A stretch of 62,026 bases of DNA, counting the filler. It is 6 parts of 6 records of this genome, joined end to end, with 100 filler letters (N's around TTAATTAATTAA, not from the genome) between each part and the next. Parts side by side here need not be neighbours in the genome. Positions count along the whole stretch, not along the records: positions 8,105 to 25,265 come from SRR31156797_2494; positions 25,366 to 35,994 come from SRR31156797_2496; 4 more parts are not named here. One strand, 5' to 3'. Both the position numbers and the translations under genes were made by a program. The notes under the pieces are model-generated. The model ran no database searches, had not been told where the DNA came from, and worked only from the letters and a program-made list of their open reading frames with translations. This document shows, in pieces, positions 22,891 through 33,278 of this stretch. Positions within the stretch are counted from its first letter, which is position 1, and each line of letters begins with the position of its first letter.

Positions 22891-24309
22891 ATGTCTCATT
22901 CGTCGGAGTTGATTGCTCAAGATATTGAAGCTTACTTGAAGGTCCACGAAAACAAAGATTTGCTGCGCTTTTTGACTTGTGGAAATGTAGACGATGGTAA
23001 ATCAACGTTAATTGGACGCTTACTCTATGATTCGAAGTTGATTTATGAAGACCAAATGGCGGCGATTGAAAAAGATTCTCAGAAGTTCAATACGACAGAT
23101 GACGATTTTGATCTCGCTTTATTAGTTGATGGTTTGCAGTCTGAAAGGGAGCAGGGGATCACCATTGATGTTGCTTACCGTTATTTTTCGACCGACAAAC
23201 GTAAATTCATTATTGCCGATACCCCAGGCCATGAACAGTATACGCGTAATATGGTTACAGGCGCTTCTACCTGCGATCTAGCGATTGTTATGGTCGATGC
23301 TCGCCGCGGCATTCAAACCCAAACTCGTCGTCACAGTTACTTATGTTCTTTACTAGGTATCAAACACGTTATTGTTGCGATCAACAAAATGGATTTAATG
23401 GAATACAGCCAAGAGGTCTACAAGGGGATCAAAGCTGATTATCGAGAAATGGCCACCAGTTTTAATATTGATGATATACGCTTTGTTCCTATTTCAGCAC
23501 TTAAGGGGGACAATGTCGTTACACCGAGTGAAAACATGGATTGGTATCCAGGTGCGACTTTGATGAAACTGCTGGAAACGGTAAAAGTTGATAAAGATAA
23601 AGATCTAAAACATATGCGTTTCCCAGTGCAATATGTCAATCGTCCTAATTTAAATTTCCGTGGGTTCAGTGGAACGTTAGCATCAGGTATTGTACAAGTC
23701 GGTGATGAGATAACTGCATTGCCGTCTGGTAAACATTCTCGAATAAAGTCGATTTATACCTATGATTCTGAACTACAAACAGCTCAACCGGGTCAAGCCA
23801 TTACTCTTACCCTAGAAGATGAGATTGACGTTTCTCGTGGCGATATGATTGTTCACTATGGGCATGAGTCAAAAGTGACGAATCAATTTCAAGCTCATTT
23901 GGTCTGGATGGGGGAAACACCGTTACTGACACATAAAGAATACCTGTTTAAATTTGCTACCAAAGTCAGTAGCGGCAATGTGCCAGAGATTAATCATAAA
24001 GTCGATGTTAATACGATAAACAAACATGCTGAGAACGCGACCAGCCTAGAACTGAATGAAATCGCTTTGGTAGATGTCAAGCTAACGGACAACGTTGCGA
24101 TGGATGAATATGGCTTACTCCCACAAACGGGCGCATTTATCGTGATTGACCGCATCAGTAATGTGACGGTTGGAGCTGGTATGGTCTCACTGGTTGACTC
24201 AGATAAACCTGCTTCAGACACTGTACGTGACTATTCACAAGCTGAGAAAGAGTTGAATGCTTACATTTGTAAACACTACCCTGAATGGGGGTGTATTAGA
24301 CTTCAGTAG
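22891..24309 (+). CDS. cysN: Sulfate adenylyltransferase subunit 1 (GTPase)
   Basis: [37 protein letters not shown]. Confidence 0.96.
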   Translation: MSHSSELIAQDIEAYLKVHENKDLLRFLTCGNVDDGKSTLIGRLLYDSKLIYEDQMAAIEKDSQKFNTTDDDFDLALLVDGLQSEREQGITIDVAYRYFSTDKRKFIIADTPGHEQYTRNMVTGASTCDLAIVMVDARRGIQTQTRRHSYLCSLLGIKHVIVAINKMDLMEYSQEVYKGIKADYREMATSFNIDDIRFVPISALKGDNVVTPSENMDWYPGATLMKLLETVKVDKDKDLKHMRFPVQYVNRPNLNFRGFSGTLASGIVQVGDEITALPSGKHSRIKSIYTYDSELQTAQPGQAITLTLEDEIDVSRGDMIVHYGHESKVTNQFQAHLVWMGETPLLTHKEYLFKFATKVSSGNVPEINHKVDVNTINKHAENATSLELNEIALVDVKLTDNVAMDEYGLLPQTGAFIVIDRISNVTVGAGMVSLVDSDKPASDTVRDYSQAEKELNAYICKHYPEWGCIRLQ

Positions 24310-25203
24310 CGAAAGTTCGGTTGAGTGATCTTGTTTCGTAACAAAGGACTTTTACTGAAGTGGCCCATTTTTAGCTGTCTTCTCGAATTACAAGGCTTCC
24401 GGTGTTCGGCTTGATAAAAATTAGTAAAGCAATTGAGTGAGTAGCTGCTGTTAAGGTAAGCCAATTTCTATGGGTTAAAATGGCATTTATAACAGAACGA
24501 AATATAGATGGGATGATGGTTGTCGTTCACCGTTCGTTTTAGAAAGTAAACATAGAAGCGCATCATGCTCATAACTAAAGTATTTGATTTTGAAGATTTT
24601 AAATGAGGCTTGTTTTTTTAGTATGAAGACATCTTTAGATGATTGTTCTTGTGAACAAGGTTCTAATCTTTGCTCTCGTGGTCACGACGTAATCCGTCTA
24701 TACCGTCAACCATATTAAATGCGTTACATAAATGATTAATTTAGCTGTTGATTCAACTTATCATTGTATATTGCTAGTTAAGCTCAAGCTAACTTAAAAC
24801 TTTCGGCTTAGATCTTTACAATATCAAAGAGCATTCCTCGATGTTTCGCCAATCTTATCCCAATGAACGACTCTTTTCATTATTTACCCTACGCCGTCTT
24901 AACGTTCGTTATCCTTTCGTGCTTCTAGAGACGTTCGCCTAACTCTTCAAAAATACGATTGTTAATTATTTGTTTGTTTCTCTTGTGTCGGTTGGAACGC
25001 TTGGTTTTATGAATCTTATTTTGTGATGGAGTTGGGTGTGTTTTTATATTATTGATTTTGTGAGTTTATTTTTATTTTGGTGTTGTGGTTTTTTCGGTTG
25101 TTGGTTAGTTCTATACAAAAAATGAATAGCACCTTCACTATATGAATTGGGTTTTGTTAATTTTTAGTGATAGTTTTATTTGCGACTGAAACAGGAGGTT
25201 CAA

Positions 25204-25265
25204 ATGAAAACTATAACAAAATTATCACTAGCTCTTACGCTTGCTTATGCAGGCTCTGCCGCGGC
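25204..25265 (+). CDS. 5' fragment of a secreted protein, cut by the contig end
   Basis: CAGGAGG SD, then MKTITKLSLALTLAYAGSAA signal-peptide-like sequence. Confidence 0.65.
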
Positions 25266-25365
25266 NNNNNNNNNNNNNNNNNNNNNNNNNNNNNNNNNNN
25301 NNNNNNNNNTTAATTAATTAANNNNNNNNNNNNNNNNNNNNNNNNNNNNNNNNNNNNNNNNNNNN
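25266..25365. other. Artificial contig linker
   Basis: N run with TTAATTAATTAA; organism changes across it. Confidence 0.98.
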
Positions 25366-25923
25366 GAACTCTTCCATATTATAAGCAACACCAGATCCTC
25401 CACCAGCAAGGGTAAATGAAGCTCTACTGATTACTGGAAACCCTATCTCTTTTGCAACTTTTACTGCCTCTTCTAAATTATAAGCATTAGCACTTTTGGG
25501 AAGGTCCATCCCGATCTTGATCATCGCTTCATTAAAAAGGTGTCTATCTTCCCCTTTTTTAATAGCTTCTGGATTTGCTCCTAAGAACTCAACTCCATCT
25601 AACATCCCTTTATCGTACATAGATGTAGCAACATTAAGAGCAGTTTGTCCACCCATTGTAGGTAGTATTGCATCTATTTTTTCTGTTTCTATGATCTTTG
25701 CAACCATCTCTTCTGTGATTGGCTCGATATAAGTTTTATCTGCAAACTCAGGGTCAGTCATAATAGTAGCAGGGTTAGAGTTTATTAAAACAACTCTATA
25801 TCCTAACTCTTTTAATGTTTTAGTAGCTTGAGTTCCCGAGTAGTCAAATTCGCAGGCTTGACCAATGATAATTGGACCTGAACCGATAAGTAAAATAGAA
25901 TGAATATCCTCTCTTTTTGGCAT
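25366..25923 (-). CDS. carB: Carbamoyl-phosphate synthase large chain, 5' part (truncated)
   Basis: [30 protein letters not shown]. Confidence 0.96.
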
Positions 25924-25991
25924 CCGCTTAATCCTTCAAAAAATATATAATAAAATTTGGAGATTATAGCCTAGAATCGCTGAAGCCTTGG

Positions 25992-26696
25992 TTAGTCCTT
26001 TGGTAGGATAAATTTTTGTGTTTTATACTCTCCCTCAGCATCAAAAAAACAATAATATAAAGTATCTTTTTTAACAGGAAGCTCTGTTAAAAAGCGTAGG
26101 GCAATATTTGCTTGTAAAGAAGCTATTTGCATCACAATAGGTGCTGCGATCCCCTCAGGTTTTCTATCAGTAATTGTAAAAGATGATGCAAAGGAAGATT
26201 TTTCAAATAAACACACTTGTCCATGAAAAGATTCAACACTTCCATAAAGCCATGGGATATTTTTCTCTTTTGAAAATTTATCTATCTCTTCTCTTACTAT
26301 TAAGTTATCGGTTGCATCAATAATAAGATCATAATAATCATCAGTAAAACTAAAAGTATTAAAATCTACTTCAAAGCTATTGATCTCAATATTTAAAGAT
26401 CTTTTTTGTAAAAGATTTTTAACTACTTCTGCTTTATTTTTCCCTTCATCTTCTACTGTAAAACCAATTTGCCTATGGATATTATGGATACTAACATCAT
26501 CAAAATCTATAAGATCAATAAACCCTATTCCACTAGACCCTAGAGCTAAACCTAAGCTACATCCAAGTCCTCCACAACCTATAATAGCGATCTTTTTAGT
26601 TTTAAGATTTGATTGGGTTATCTCTCCCCAAAGTTCGATTTGTCTTTTGTAAAATTCTTTCTCTTCAAGGGTAAGTTTTGTATCATTTGTTTTCAT
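25992..26696 (-). CDS. ThiF/MoeB/HesA-family adenylyltransferase
   Basis: IIGCGGLG, DFDDVSIHNIHRQ, DATDN; start set at ATG 26696. Confidence 0.85.
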   Translation of the reverse strand: MKTNDTKLTLEEKEFYKRQIELWGEITQSNLKTKKIAIIGCGGLGCSLGLALGSSGIGFIDLIDFDDVSIHNIHRQIGFTVEDEGKNKAEVVKNLLQKRSLNIEINSFEVDFNTFSFTDDYYDLIIDATDNLIVREEIDKFSKEKNIPWLYGSVESFHGQVCLFEKSSFASSFTITDRKPEGIAAPIVMQIASLQANIALRFLTELPVKKDTLYYCFFDAEGEYKTQKFILPKD

Positions 26697-26752
26697 GAAA
26701 ACCATTGTAACAATTTTTAACTTTTTTTGACTTAATTATGATAAAATATCTT

Positions 26753-29275
26753 ATGACAGAATTAAATATACAAATAGAAGAACTAATAGAAAATAAAGCA
26801 GAAGACTTTAAAATTGCCAAGGTTATTAAAAATGAGATCAAAACATATCTAAGCTCACTTGATGAGATATTCAATGAATCAAGTGGAAAAGATTTTTTTG
26901 TAAAACACACAAAAAAGATCGATGGTTTTATTAAAGTTATTTATAAATATCTTTTAAGAAAACATTTTGGCTCATATATGCCAATGAGTACCAATATTCC
27001 ACTGACTATTATAGCACTTGGAAGTTATGGAAGAGAACAATTATGTATCTATAGTGATATCGATATTATGCTTTTATATGAACAAACGAGTGGATACAAC
27101 CTAAAGCCTATTATGGAAGAGTTTATGACCCTTTCTTGGGATAGTGGCTTAAAACTAGGAAGTCGTGCCCATGAGATACAAGAGGTTCTTGAAGCAGTTC
27201 AAGAAGATGTTACGATAAAAACCTCTTTTTTAGAATCACGTATGATCTATGGATCACGACATTTATGGTTTAAATACCAAAACTCTCTTGTAAAAATAAG
27301 AAATTATAAACAAAAAGAGTTTGTGTTAGAAAAGCTTCAAGAACATGAAACAAGACTTACAAAAAATCCTTTAGATATGCAGCCAAATATAAAAGATGGC
27401 TATGGAGGGATGAGAGAATCAAATATGTTATTTTGGATACTCAATATAACTTATGGAGTTTCTAGTACTAGACAGATGAGTGATAGGCTTTTTTGCGAAG
27501 AGGAGTATAAAAAGTATCGAATAGCACTAGAGTATGTTTTTCAAGTACGAAATGCATTACATCTTTGTGCTAAAAAGAAACTAGATATAGTCACTTTTGA
27601 TATTTTACCTGAGATTAGTGATAAGCTTGGATTTAAAGATACTGTTCGGATTCCAAAAGAGCGTCAATGCATGGAAAAACTTTTTAAATCACTCCATACA
27701 ATTCATGGATTTACCCATCTTATTACAAAAAAAGTGATTAGAAGGTATCTTTTTGCTCCTGAGAAACTTTCACAAATCTATCAACATAGGATAAAAAAAG
27801 ATCTCTACTTATGTAATGATACTTTATATGCCTCTTTTCATAGAAAAGGGGTGAGTTTAAATCTCTTTTTAAAAGAGTTAATTGAGCTTCCAAACTATAT
27901 CAAAAGTTTTGATGTGTCATATGTTTTATTTGCCTATAAAACCATTATGCCAAATAAACTAGGGGTTACTACAAAAGCATTGATTAAAAATCTTTTACAG
28001 CAAAAAAACCTTTATCCTGTGATAGAGCTTTTATATAAAAGTGGGTTATTGGTTGAGATCATCCCAATTTTTGGAAAAATAGTAAATCAGCCTCAATTTG
28101 ATGGATACCATAAACATCCAGTTGATGCTCATAGTATAAGAACTTTATACCATATTCAAAATATACAGGACCCATTTGTAGCAAAAATGTATGAGAAACA
28201 AAATGATCGACAAAAGTTTATGATCAATTTAGTGGCTTTATTTCACGATGTTGGAAAAGGAAGAGGGAAAGATCATCATATAGTTGGACAACATCTATTT
28301 AAAAGATTCGCAAAATCTTTAGAGCTTAACGAGATCGAAACAAATAAAATATCTATACTGATTAGATACCATAATATGATGACAAAAGTTGCAACTACTG
28401 AAGATATATACTCTCAAAATGTTATTTTAGCATTTACTGGTATTATCACTTCTAAAGAGCTTTTAGAGATGCTTTTTATCATTACCTATGCAGATATTAA
28501 CTCAGTAGATTCAAAACTTTATAAAAGTTCAACATCTACATTATTAAAAGAGCTTTATTTACAAACTATTCCAGCATATGATAATGAAGAGCTTTTAAAA
28601 GTAAGTACTAGAAGAGTAAATAAAGAGAATGCTATTAAAAATAATAAGCTTTTTCAAACTCTTCCATTTACTAAACAAAAAAGAATATTAAAAGTGCAAT
28701 CAAATCAAATGTTCTTAAAGTATAAGGCAGAAGATATCATCAAAATAGCATTAAAAGCAATGGAAGTGAAAAATTATTATTTTGATATTAGTAATAAAGG
28801 GCATTTAAAGATCAAAATTATTCGAGAAGTTCCACTAAACCTTGGATATCTTTTAGGAAAGCTTCACTTTTTAAATATCTCTTCAATGGGAATCTATCAA
28901 CTTTTTGATCATAAAAAATTCTTTGAAATCACCTTTGATGAAAACTTAGATCAAGAGGAGATCTCTTTTATTACTGAAATTGTAGAGGAATCTTTTGATA
29001 TGCAAAGAGATATTAAACTAAAAAAACCTATTATCAATAAAAATGATATTGAAGTTGATTGTGAGCATACGGAAGAGTTGGCAAAACTAAATATTGTAGC
29101 AAAAGATCAAAAGGGTCTATTTAGTTATATCGCAAAAATATTTGATGAGTTTGAGATAGAGATACATAGTGCAAAGATCCAGTCAAATAAAGGGAAAGTA
29201 AATGATATGCTTCTTATTTCTAAAAATGGTAATTTTTGTACCAATAAAGAGAAGATTATAGAAGCTTTAACCTAA
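26753..29275 (+). CDS. glnD: PII uridylyltransferase (NTase + HD + ACT)
   Basis: ALGSYGRE...SDIDI nucleotidyltransferase motif, PNIKDGYGGMRE, FHDVGKG HD motif, C-terminal ACT-like DQKGL; start probably ATG 26753. Confidence 0.88.
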   Translation: MTELNIQIEELIENKAEDFKIAKVIKNEIKTYLSSLDEIFNESSGKDFFVKHTKKIDGFIKVIYKYLLRKHFGSYMPMSTNIPLTIIALGSYGREQLCIYSDIDIMLLYEQTSGYNLKPIMEEFMTLSWDSGLKLGSRAHEIQEVLEAVQEDVTIKTSFLESRMIYGSRHLWFKYQNSLVKIRNYKQKEFVLEKLQEHETRLTKNPLDMQPNIKDGYGGMRESNMLFWILNITYGVSSTRQMSDRLFCEEEYKKYRIALEYVFQVRNALHLCAKKKLDIVTFDILPEISDKLGFKDTVRIPKERQCMEKLFKSLHTIHGFTHLITKKVIRRYLFAPEKLSQIYQHRIKKDLYLCNDTLYASFHRKGVSLNLFLKELIELPNYIKSFDVSYVLFAYKTIMPNKLGVTTKALIKNLLQQKNLYPVIELLYKSGLLVEIIPIFGKIVNQPQFDGYHKHPVDAHSIRTLYHIQNIQDPFVAKMYEKQNDRQKFMINLVALFHDVGKGRGKDHHIVGQHLFKRFAKSLELNEIETNKISILIRYHNMMTKVATTEDIYSQNVILAFTGIITSKELLEMLFIITYADINSVDSKLYKSSTSTLLKELYLQTIPAYDNEELLKVSTRRVNKENAIKNNKLFQTLPFTKQKRILKVQSNQMFLKYKAEDIIKIALKAMEVKNYYFDISNKGHLKIKIIREVPLNLGYLLGKLHFLNISSMGIYQLFDHKKFFEITFDENLDQEEISFITEIVEESFDMQRDIKLKKPIINKNDIEVDCEHTEELAKLNIVAKDQKGLFSYIAKIFDEFEIEIHSAKIQSNKGKVNDMLLISKNGNFCTNKEKIIEALT

Positions 29276-29292
29276 TGTAATAAGGTAAACAT

Positions 29293-30495
29293 ATGGAAGA
29301 TATAAGTGGATTTTTTTTAACACTTTTTTTAATTTTGATCGTTGCACGATTTTTAGGTGAGCTTTTTGCACGTTATAATATTCCATCTGTTTTAGGGGAG
29401 CTTTTTGCTGGTATTTTATTAGGATCTTCTGTATTAGGCTTGATCCAACCTAATGAGATATTAAAAATACTAGCAGAAATTGGTATTATTTTACTCCTTT
29501 TTGAAGTGGGTCTTGAAACTGACTTTGAGCGTTTAAAAAATGCAGGAAAAAAGTCATTTATAGTGGCAGTTCTAGGGGTGATTTTACCTTTTGTATTTGG
29601 GTTTATAGCTGCATATTATCTTTTTGCTTTAAGTTTTACTATATCTTTATTTATAGCTGGGACTTTAACTGCCACAAGTATAGGGATCACTCTTAGAGTA
29701 CTCAAAGATATAAAGATGGAAGATACAAATATCGCTCAAGTAGTTATCGGTGCAGCAGTTATAGATGATATTATGGGGATTATTTTACTGGTATTTATTT
29801 ATGATTATTCTTTAACCCATGAGGTTGGTTTTAAGCATACTTTATCTGTAACAGCTATGATCATCCTTTTTTTAGTCTTTGCTCCCATTTTGGCAAAACT
29901 TCTCTCTATAATTATAAAAAACTATAAAGATAAATATCTAGTTCCAGGATATTTTCCAACGATTATTATCTCTTTAATTTTACTTTTTGCATACCTTTCT
30001 CATTTAATAGGTGCTCCAGCTATTTTAGGCTCTTTTGCAGCAGGAGTTGCTTTATCTAGAAAGTTTTTCTTACCATTTGGAACTATGCTAAAAGCAGATG
30101 CAAAACTAGTCAAAGAGGTAAAAAGAGATATGACCCCTATTATTCAGATCTTTACCCCTATCTTTTTTGTGATGGTTGGGCTCTCGGTGGATCTTAGTGT
30201 GATAGATTTTAGCTCTTTAAGTTTTTGGATCATGAGTATTACTTTTATTGTTTTAGCTTTTACAAGTAAATTTATTGCAGCATTCTTTATCTATCAAAAA
30301 TCATTTCGTAACAATGCCATTATTGGAGTTTCTATGATCCCAAGAGGTGAAGTGGGACTTATCTTTGCTGAGATGGGACGGGTTAATAATGCTCTTCCAA
30401 ATGATATCTATGCTATGCTTATTTTTGTGATCGTTATTACTACTGTGATCCCACCTTTTATTTTAAAAAGATATTTTAAAGTAGAATGTGTCTAA
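29293..30495 (+). CDS. Cation:proton antiporter (CPA2/NapA-like)
   Basis: Polytopic membrane protein; TATSIGIT, AAVIDD, MIPRGEVGLIF. Confidence 0.88.
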   Translation: MEDISGFFLTLFLILIVARFLGELFARYNIPSVLGELFAGILLGSSVLGLIQPNEILKILAEIGIILLLFEVGLETDFERLKNAGKKSFIVAVLGVILPFVFGFIAAYYLFALSFTISLFIAGTLTATSIGITLRVLKDIKMEDTNIAQVVIGAAVIDDIMGIILLVFIYDYSLTHEVGFKHTLSVTAMIILFLVFAPILAKLLSIIIKNYKDKYLVPGYFPTIIISLILLFAYLSHLIGAPAILGSFAAGVALSRKFFLPFGTMLKADAKLVKEVKRDMTPIIQIFTPIFFVMVGLSVDLSVIDFSSLSFWIMSITFIVLAFTSKFIAAFFIYQKSFRNNAIIGVSMIPRGEVGLIFAEMGRVNNALPNDIYAMLIFVIVITTVIPPFILKRYFKVECV

Positions 30496-30531
30496 AATTG
30501 CATAATAATTTTTTATACTAGAGAAATAAAT

Positions 30532-30954
30532 ATGAATAACTATCTTTTAAAAAAACTTGAAAACATCATTCGACGTATTTTTAACTCTATGGAATGTTTA
30601 GAGAATGCTGATATCAAAGTAAGCTATTTAGGTGAAAAAACCTTTGATAAAGAGGTGATTGATCAAAGATGTTTTCAGTTTAACAAAAGTAATTCAGACT
30701 TTTTATTTTTTGAACTTCTTATTTTAGAAAATGATGCAAAGCTTCATACCATAGCTTTAGAGCAATTTATGCAACAGATCATGTTTAAATATAATGTAGA
30801 AAATATAGCCTGTTATTTACACGATGGAAAAGAGACAGATAAAGACCATCAACAAAATCTTATAAAAAAGAATATCTTTGAAATAGTTTGTTCCAATGAG
30901 GAAGAATCACATACTGTTTTTGTAAATATTGACCCAGAGGAGTTTTTTAGTTAG
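30532..30954 (+). CDS. Hypothetical protein
   Basis: 140-aa ORF; no recognisable motif. Confidence 0.55.
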   Translation: MNNYLLKKLENIIRRIFNSMECLENADIKVSYLGEKTFDKEVIDQRCFQFNKSNSDFLFFELLILENDAKLHTIALEQFMQQIMFKYNVENIACYLHDGKETDKDHQQNLIKKNIFEIVCSNEEESHTVFVNIDPEEFFS

Positions 30955-31717
30955 ACTTTTTATTGTTCTTTTGACTTTCAATACTAAAGCGTATCAGATC
31001 TTCAGTGGTAACAATATGAGCTGGAAGTCTTTGTAAACACTCTAAAAATACCATACTTGTGCAGTATGCATCACTATATGCTCTATGGTGTTCCCCTTCA
31101 TCAATCTCAAGATGTTCTTTTAGGTATTTTAATCCATATCTTTCTATATCTATTAGTTTTTGTGAGAGATTTATAGTACATAGTTTTCTATTAAAAAGCT
31201 CCCCTAGATCATATTTTTTCATACTATCACTGATAAATTTATAATCAAAGTTAATATCATGAGCTACAAACACGTCATCTTCTAGAAATATTTTAAACTC
31301 TTCTAGTACATTTTGAATACTTGGTGAATCATGAGTCATCTCAGGAGTGATTCCTGTGAGTTCTTGGATGTTTTTAGGGATATCATAGGTATTTACCAAA
31401 GATTCATATTTTTCTACAATTTGACCATTTCGAAGTTTTAAAGCCCCTATTTCGATCATTTGACTTTTTTTAGGATTTCCTCCACTTGTTTCAATATCAA
31501 CAACACAAAAGGTTTGGTCTTCAATTTTTGTAGAAAGGGTTTTTAAACTGACAAATTCATCACTTATAAAAAGTGGTAGTCCATTATGAAGTAAAAGTTG
31601 TTTTTCTAACTCAATAGAGTCAAAAAAACGATCAGACTTTTCTAATATATGATCAAACTCTTGTCTACTAAGAGGTGATTCTAGAAGTTTTTTAAGGAGT
31701 TTATTAATGTATTTCAT
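30947..31717 (-). CDS. DEDDh 3'-5' exonuclease (DnaQ-like)
   Basis: VVDIETSG, VAHDINFD, HHRAYSDA; rpe-trpF-exonuclease order. Confidence 0.88.
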   Translation of the reverse strand: MKYINKLLKKLLESPLSRQEFDHILEKSDRFFDSIELEKQLLLHNGLPLFISDEFVSLKTLSTKIEDQTFCVVDIETSGGNPKKSQMIEIGALKLRNGQIVEKYESLVNTYDIPKNIQELTGITPEMTHDSPSIQNVLEEFKIFLEDDVFVAHDINFDYKFISDSMKKYDLGELFNRKLCTINLSQKLIDIERYGLKYLKEHLEIDEGEHHRAYSDAYCTSMVFLECLQRLPAHIVTTEDLIRFSIESQKNNKKSN

Positions 31718-32303
31718 TGAGCTTTTGGACAAAATCTATCATTTTATGTTTATCTTTTTTCCCTTTAGATTGCTCTACACCACTACTTACATCTACGCCA
31801 TAAAAATTATAAGATTTTAGCTCATGAAGATTTTCACTTTTGAGTCCACCTGCTAAGATAAACTTTGAACAATCAACACCCTCAAAGAATTCTAAAGCAA
31901 CTCTTTTTCCAGCTCCACCAAACTCCTCTACAAAAGCATCAATCAAAAAGTATTGATCTTGTGGTAAATTTAAGATGTCCTCTTTTTTTTGAACTCTTAC
32001 CACATCTATATATTTACTTTGTAAGGCTTGATAAAAATTTCCATCAGCATTTTCATGAATGATCTGTGCCATATCTACCATAGATCTTTTACAGATAAAA
32101 TCGATTTGTGGAGGATACATATTGACAAATAAACCTACACTTTGTACAAAAGGAGGAAGTTGTTCAATGATCTTTTTTGCATCATTTGGATGAATATATC
32201 TTGGGCTTTTTTCATAAAAAACAAACCCTAAAGCATCTGCACCAGCTGCAACTGCATCTAAAGCATCTTCTAAGTTGGTTATTCCACAAATCTTAACACG
32301 CAT
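31704..32303 (-). CDS. trpF: Phosphoribosylanthranilate isomerase
   Basis: MRVKICGIT, LAGGL, GVDVSSGVE. Confidence 0.95.
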   Translation of the reverse strand: MRVKICGITNLEDALDAVAAGADALGFVFYEKSPRYIHPNDAKKIIEQLPPFVQSVGLFVNMYPPQIDFICKRSMVDMAQIIHENADGNFYQALQSKYIDVVRVQKKEDILNLPQDQYFLIDAFVEEFGGAGKRVALEFFEGVDCSKFILAGGLKSENLHELKSYNFYGVDVSSGVEQSKGKKDKHKMIDFVQKLNEIH

Positions 32304-32306
32304 AGC

Positions 32307-32948
32307 TTATACTTTTAAAGAATCTATCGCTTTTGAATAATCATCGCTTCCATATACATAACTTCCCGCAACCACTACATCTACCCCAGCATTTTTGAGT
32401 TCCGTTATATTCTCACCATTTACTCCACCATCAACTTCAATAAGGCAATTTGGATTTCTTTTATTAATAAGCTCTTTAAGCTTTGCTGCTTTTTCAATCA
32501 CTGAAGAGATAAACTTTTGTCCTCCAAAGCCTGGGTTTACAGACATTAAAAGAACCATATCAAGGTCTTCTAAAAGATACTCTATTGTCTCAGGTGGAGT
32601 ATGAGGGTTTAGAGTAATAGCTGGTTTAATACCATAACTTCTAATCTTTTGAATAAGTCTATGGGGATGTTTTTCCTCTTCAATATGAAAAGAGATATAT
32701 TCTGGTTTGAGTGGAGCAAAAAGCTCCACAAAAAATGTATTGTTTTGAACCATAAGATGGATATCTAATGGTTTTGTAGCTACTTTTGCTACACTACTTA
32801 CAACAACTGGTCCAATAGTAAGATTAGGAACAAAGTGTCCATCCATCACATCCACATGAACAAGGTCACAACCCCCATCGCAAATAGCTTTCACCTCTTC
32901 GTTTAATTTTCCAAAGTCTGCACTTAATATACTTGGAGCAACGAGCAT
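32307..32948 (-). CDS. rpe: Ribulose-phosphate 3-epimerase
   Basis: APSILSADF, HVDVMDGHFVPN, MSVNPGFGGQ, EVDGG. Confidence 0.96.
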   Translation of the reverse strand: MLVAPSILSADFGKLNEEVKAICDGGCDLVHVDVMDGHFVPNLTIGPVVVSSVAKVATKPLDIHLMVQNNTFFVELFAPLKPEYISFHIEEEKHPHRLIQKIRSYGIKPAITLNPHTPPETIEYLLEDLDMVLLMSVNPGFGGQKFISSVIEKAAKLKELINKRNPNCLIEVDGGVNGENITELKNAGVDVVVAGSYVYGSDDYSKAIDSLKV

Positions 32949-33000
32949 AAAACTTCCTTTTATTTAAATTGTGAGATTATATCGTAATCTCATTTAACAC

Positions 33001-33035
33001 TCCACAATCATTTCACAATTGTTTTATAAGCTTCT
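33001..33035 (+). promoter_or_regulatory. Putative native promoter of the 34808 gene, with an OmpR/PhoB-type direct repeat
   Basis: CCACAAT (33002) and TCACAAT (33013) repeated at 11-bp pitch, then a TAAGCT -10-like box; adjoins the RBS in the reconstructed pre-insertion allele. Confidence 0.45.
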
Positions 33036-33278
33036 TTATATAAATTAAAGCCTTCCTATAAAAGATAACTTAAAAGGAAGGTAGAAATTTAAAAAGTGTA
33101 TAGATTTAGGTTTCATGCTTGAAGTACTAGAGAGTTCTAGTATTTTGAAGATGGAATTAATCCATCGTAAACAATTAAATGGTATCAGCTTTTATTTTTA
33201 TAGATGCTGATTTATAAAGGTATAAGTTTGGTTGTTTGAGTTTTTTAACAATTCATTGTCGATTGCATTATAAAAATA

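Noticed and set aside
33051-33100. A -35 box in the right end completing a circle-junction promoter
   Set aside because: The hexamer 17 bp upstream of TATAAT in the circle is GTTATC, not TTGACA-like; Campylobacterota promoters often lack a -35, so no claim is made.
33115-33210. 31-codon plus-strand ORF (MLEVLESSSILKMELIHRKQ...) in the IS110 right end
   Set aside because: No properly spaced SD and no recognisable motif; the region is better explained by RNA hairpins.
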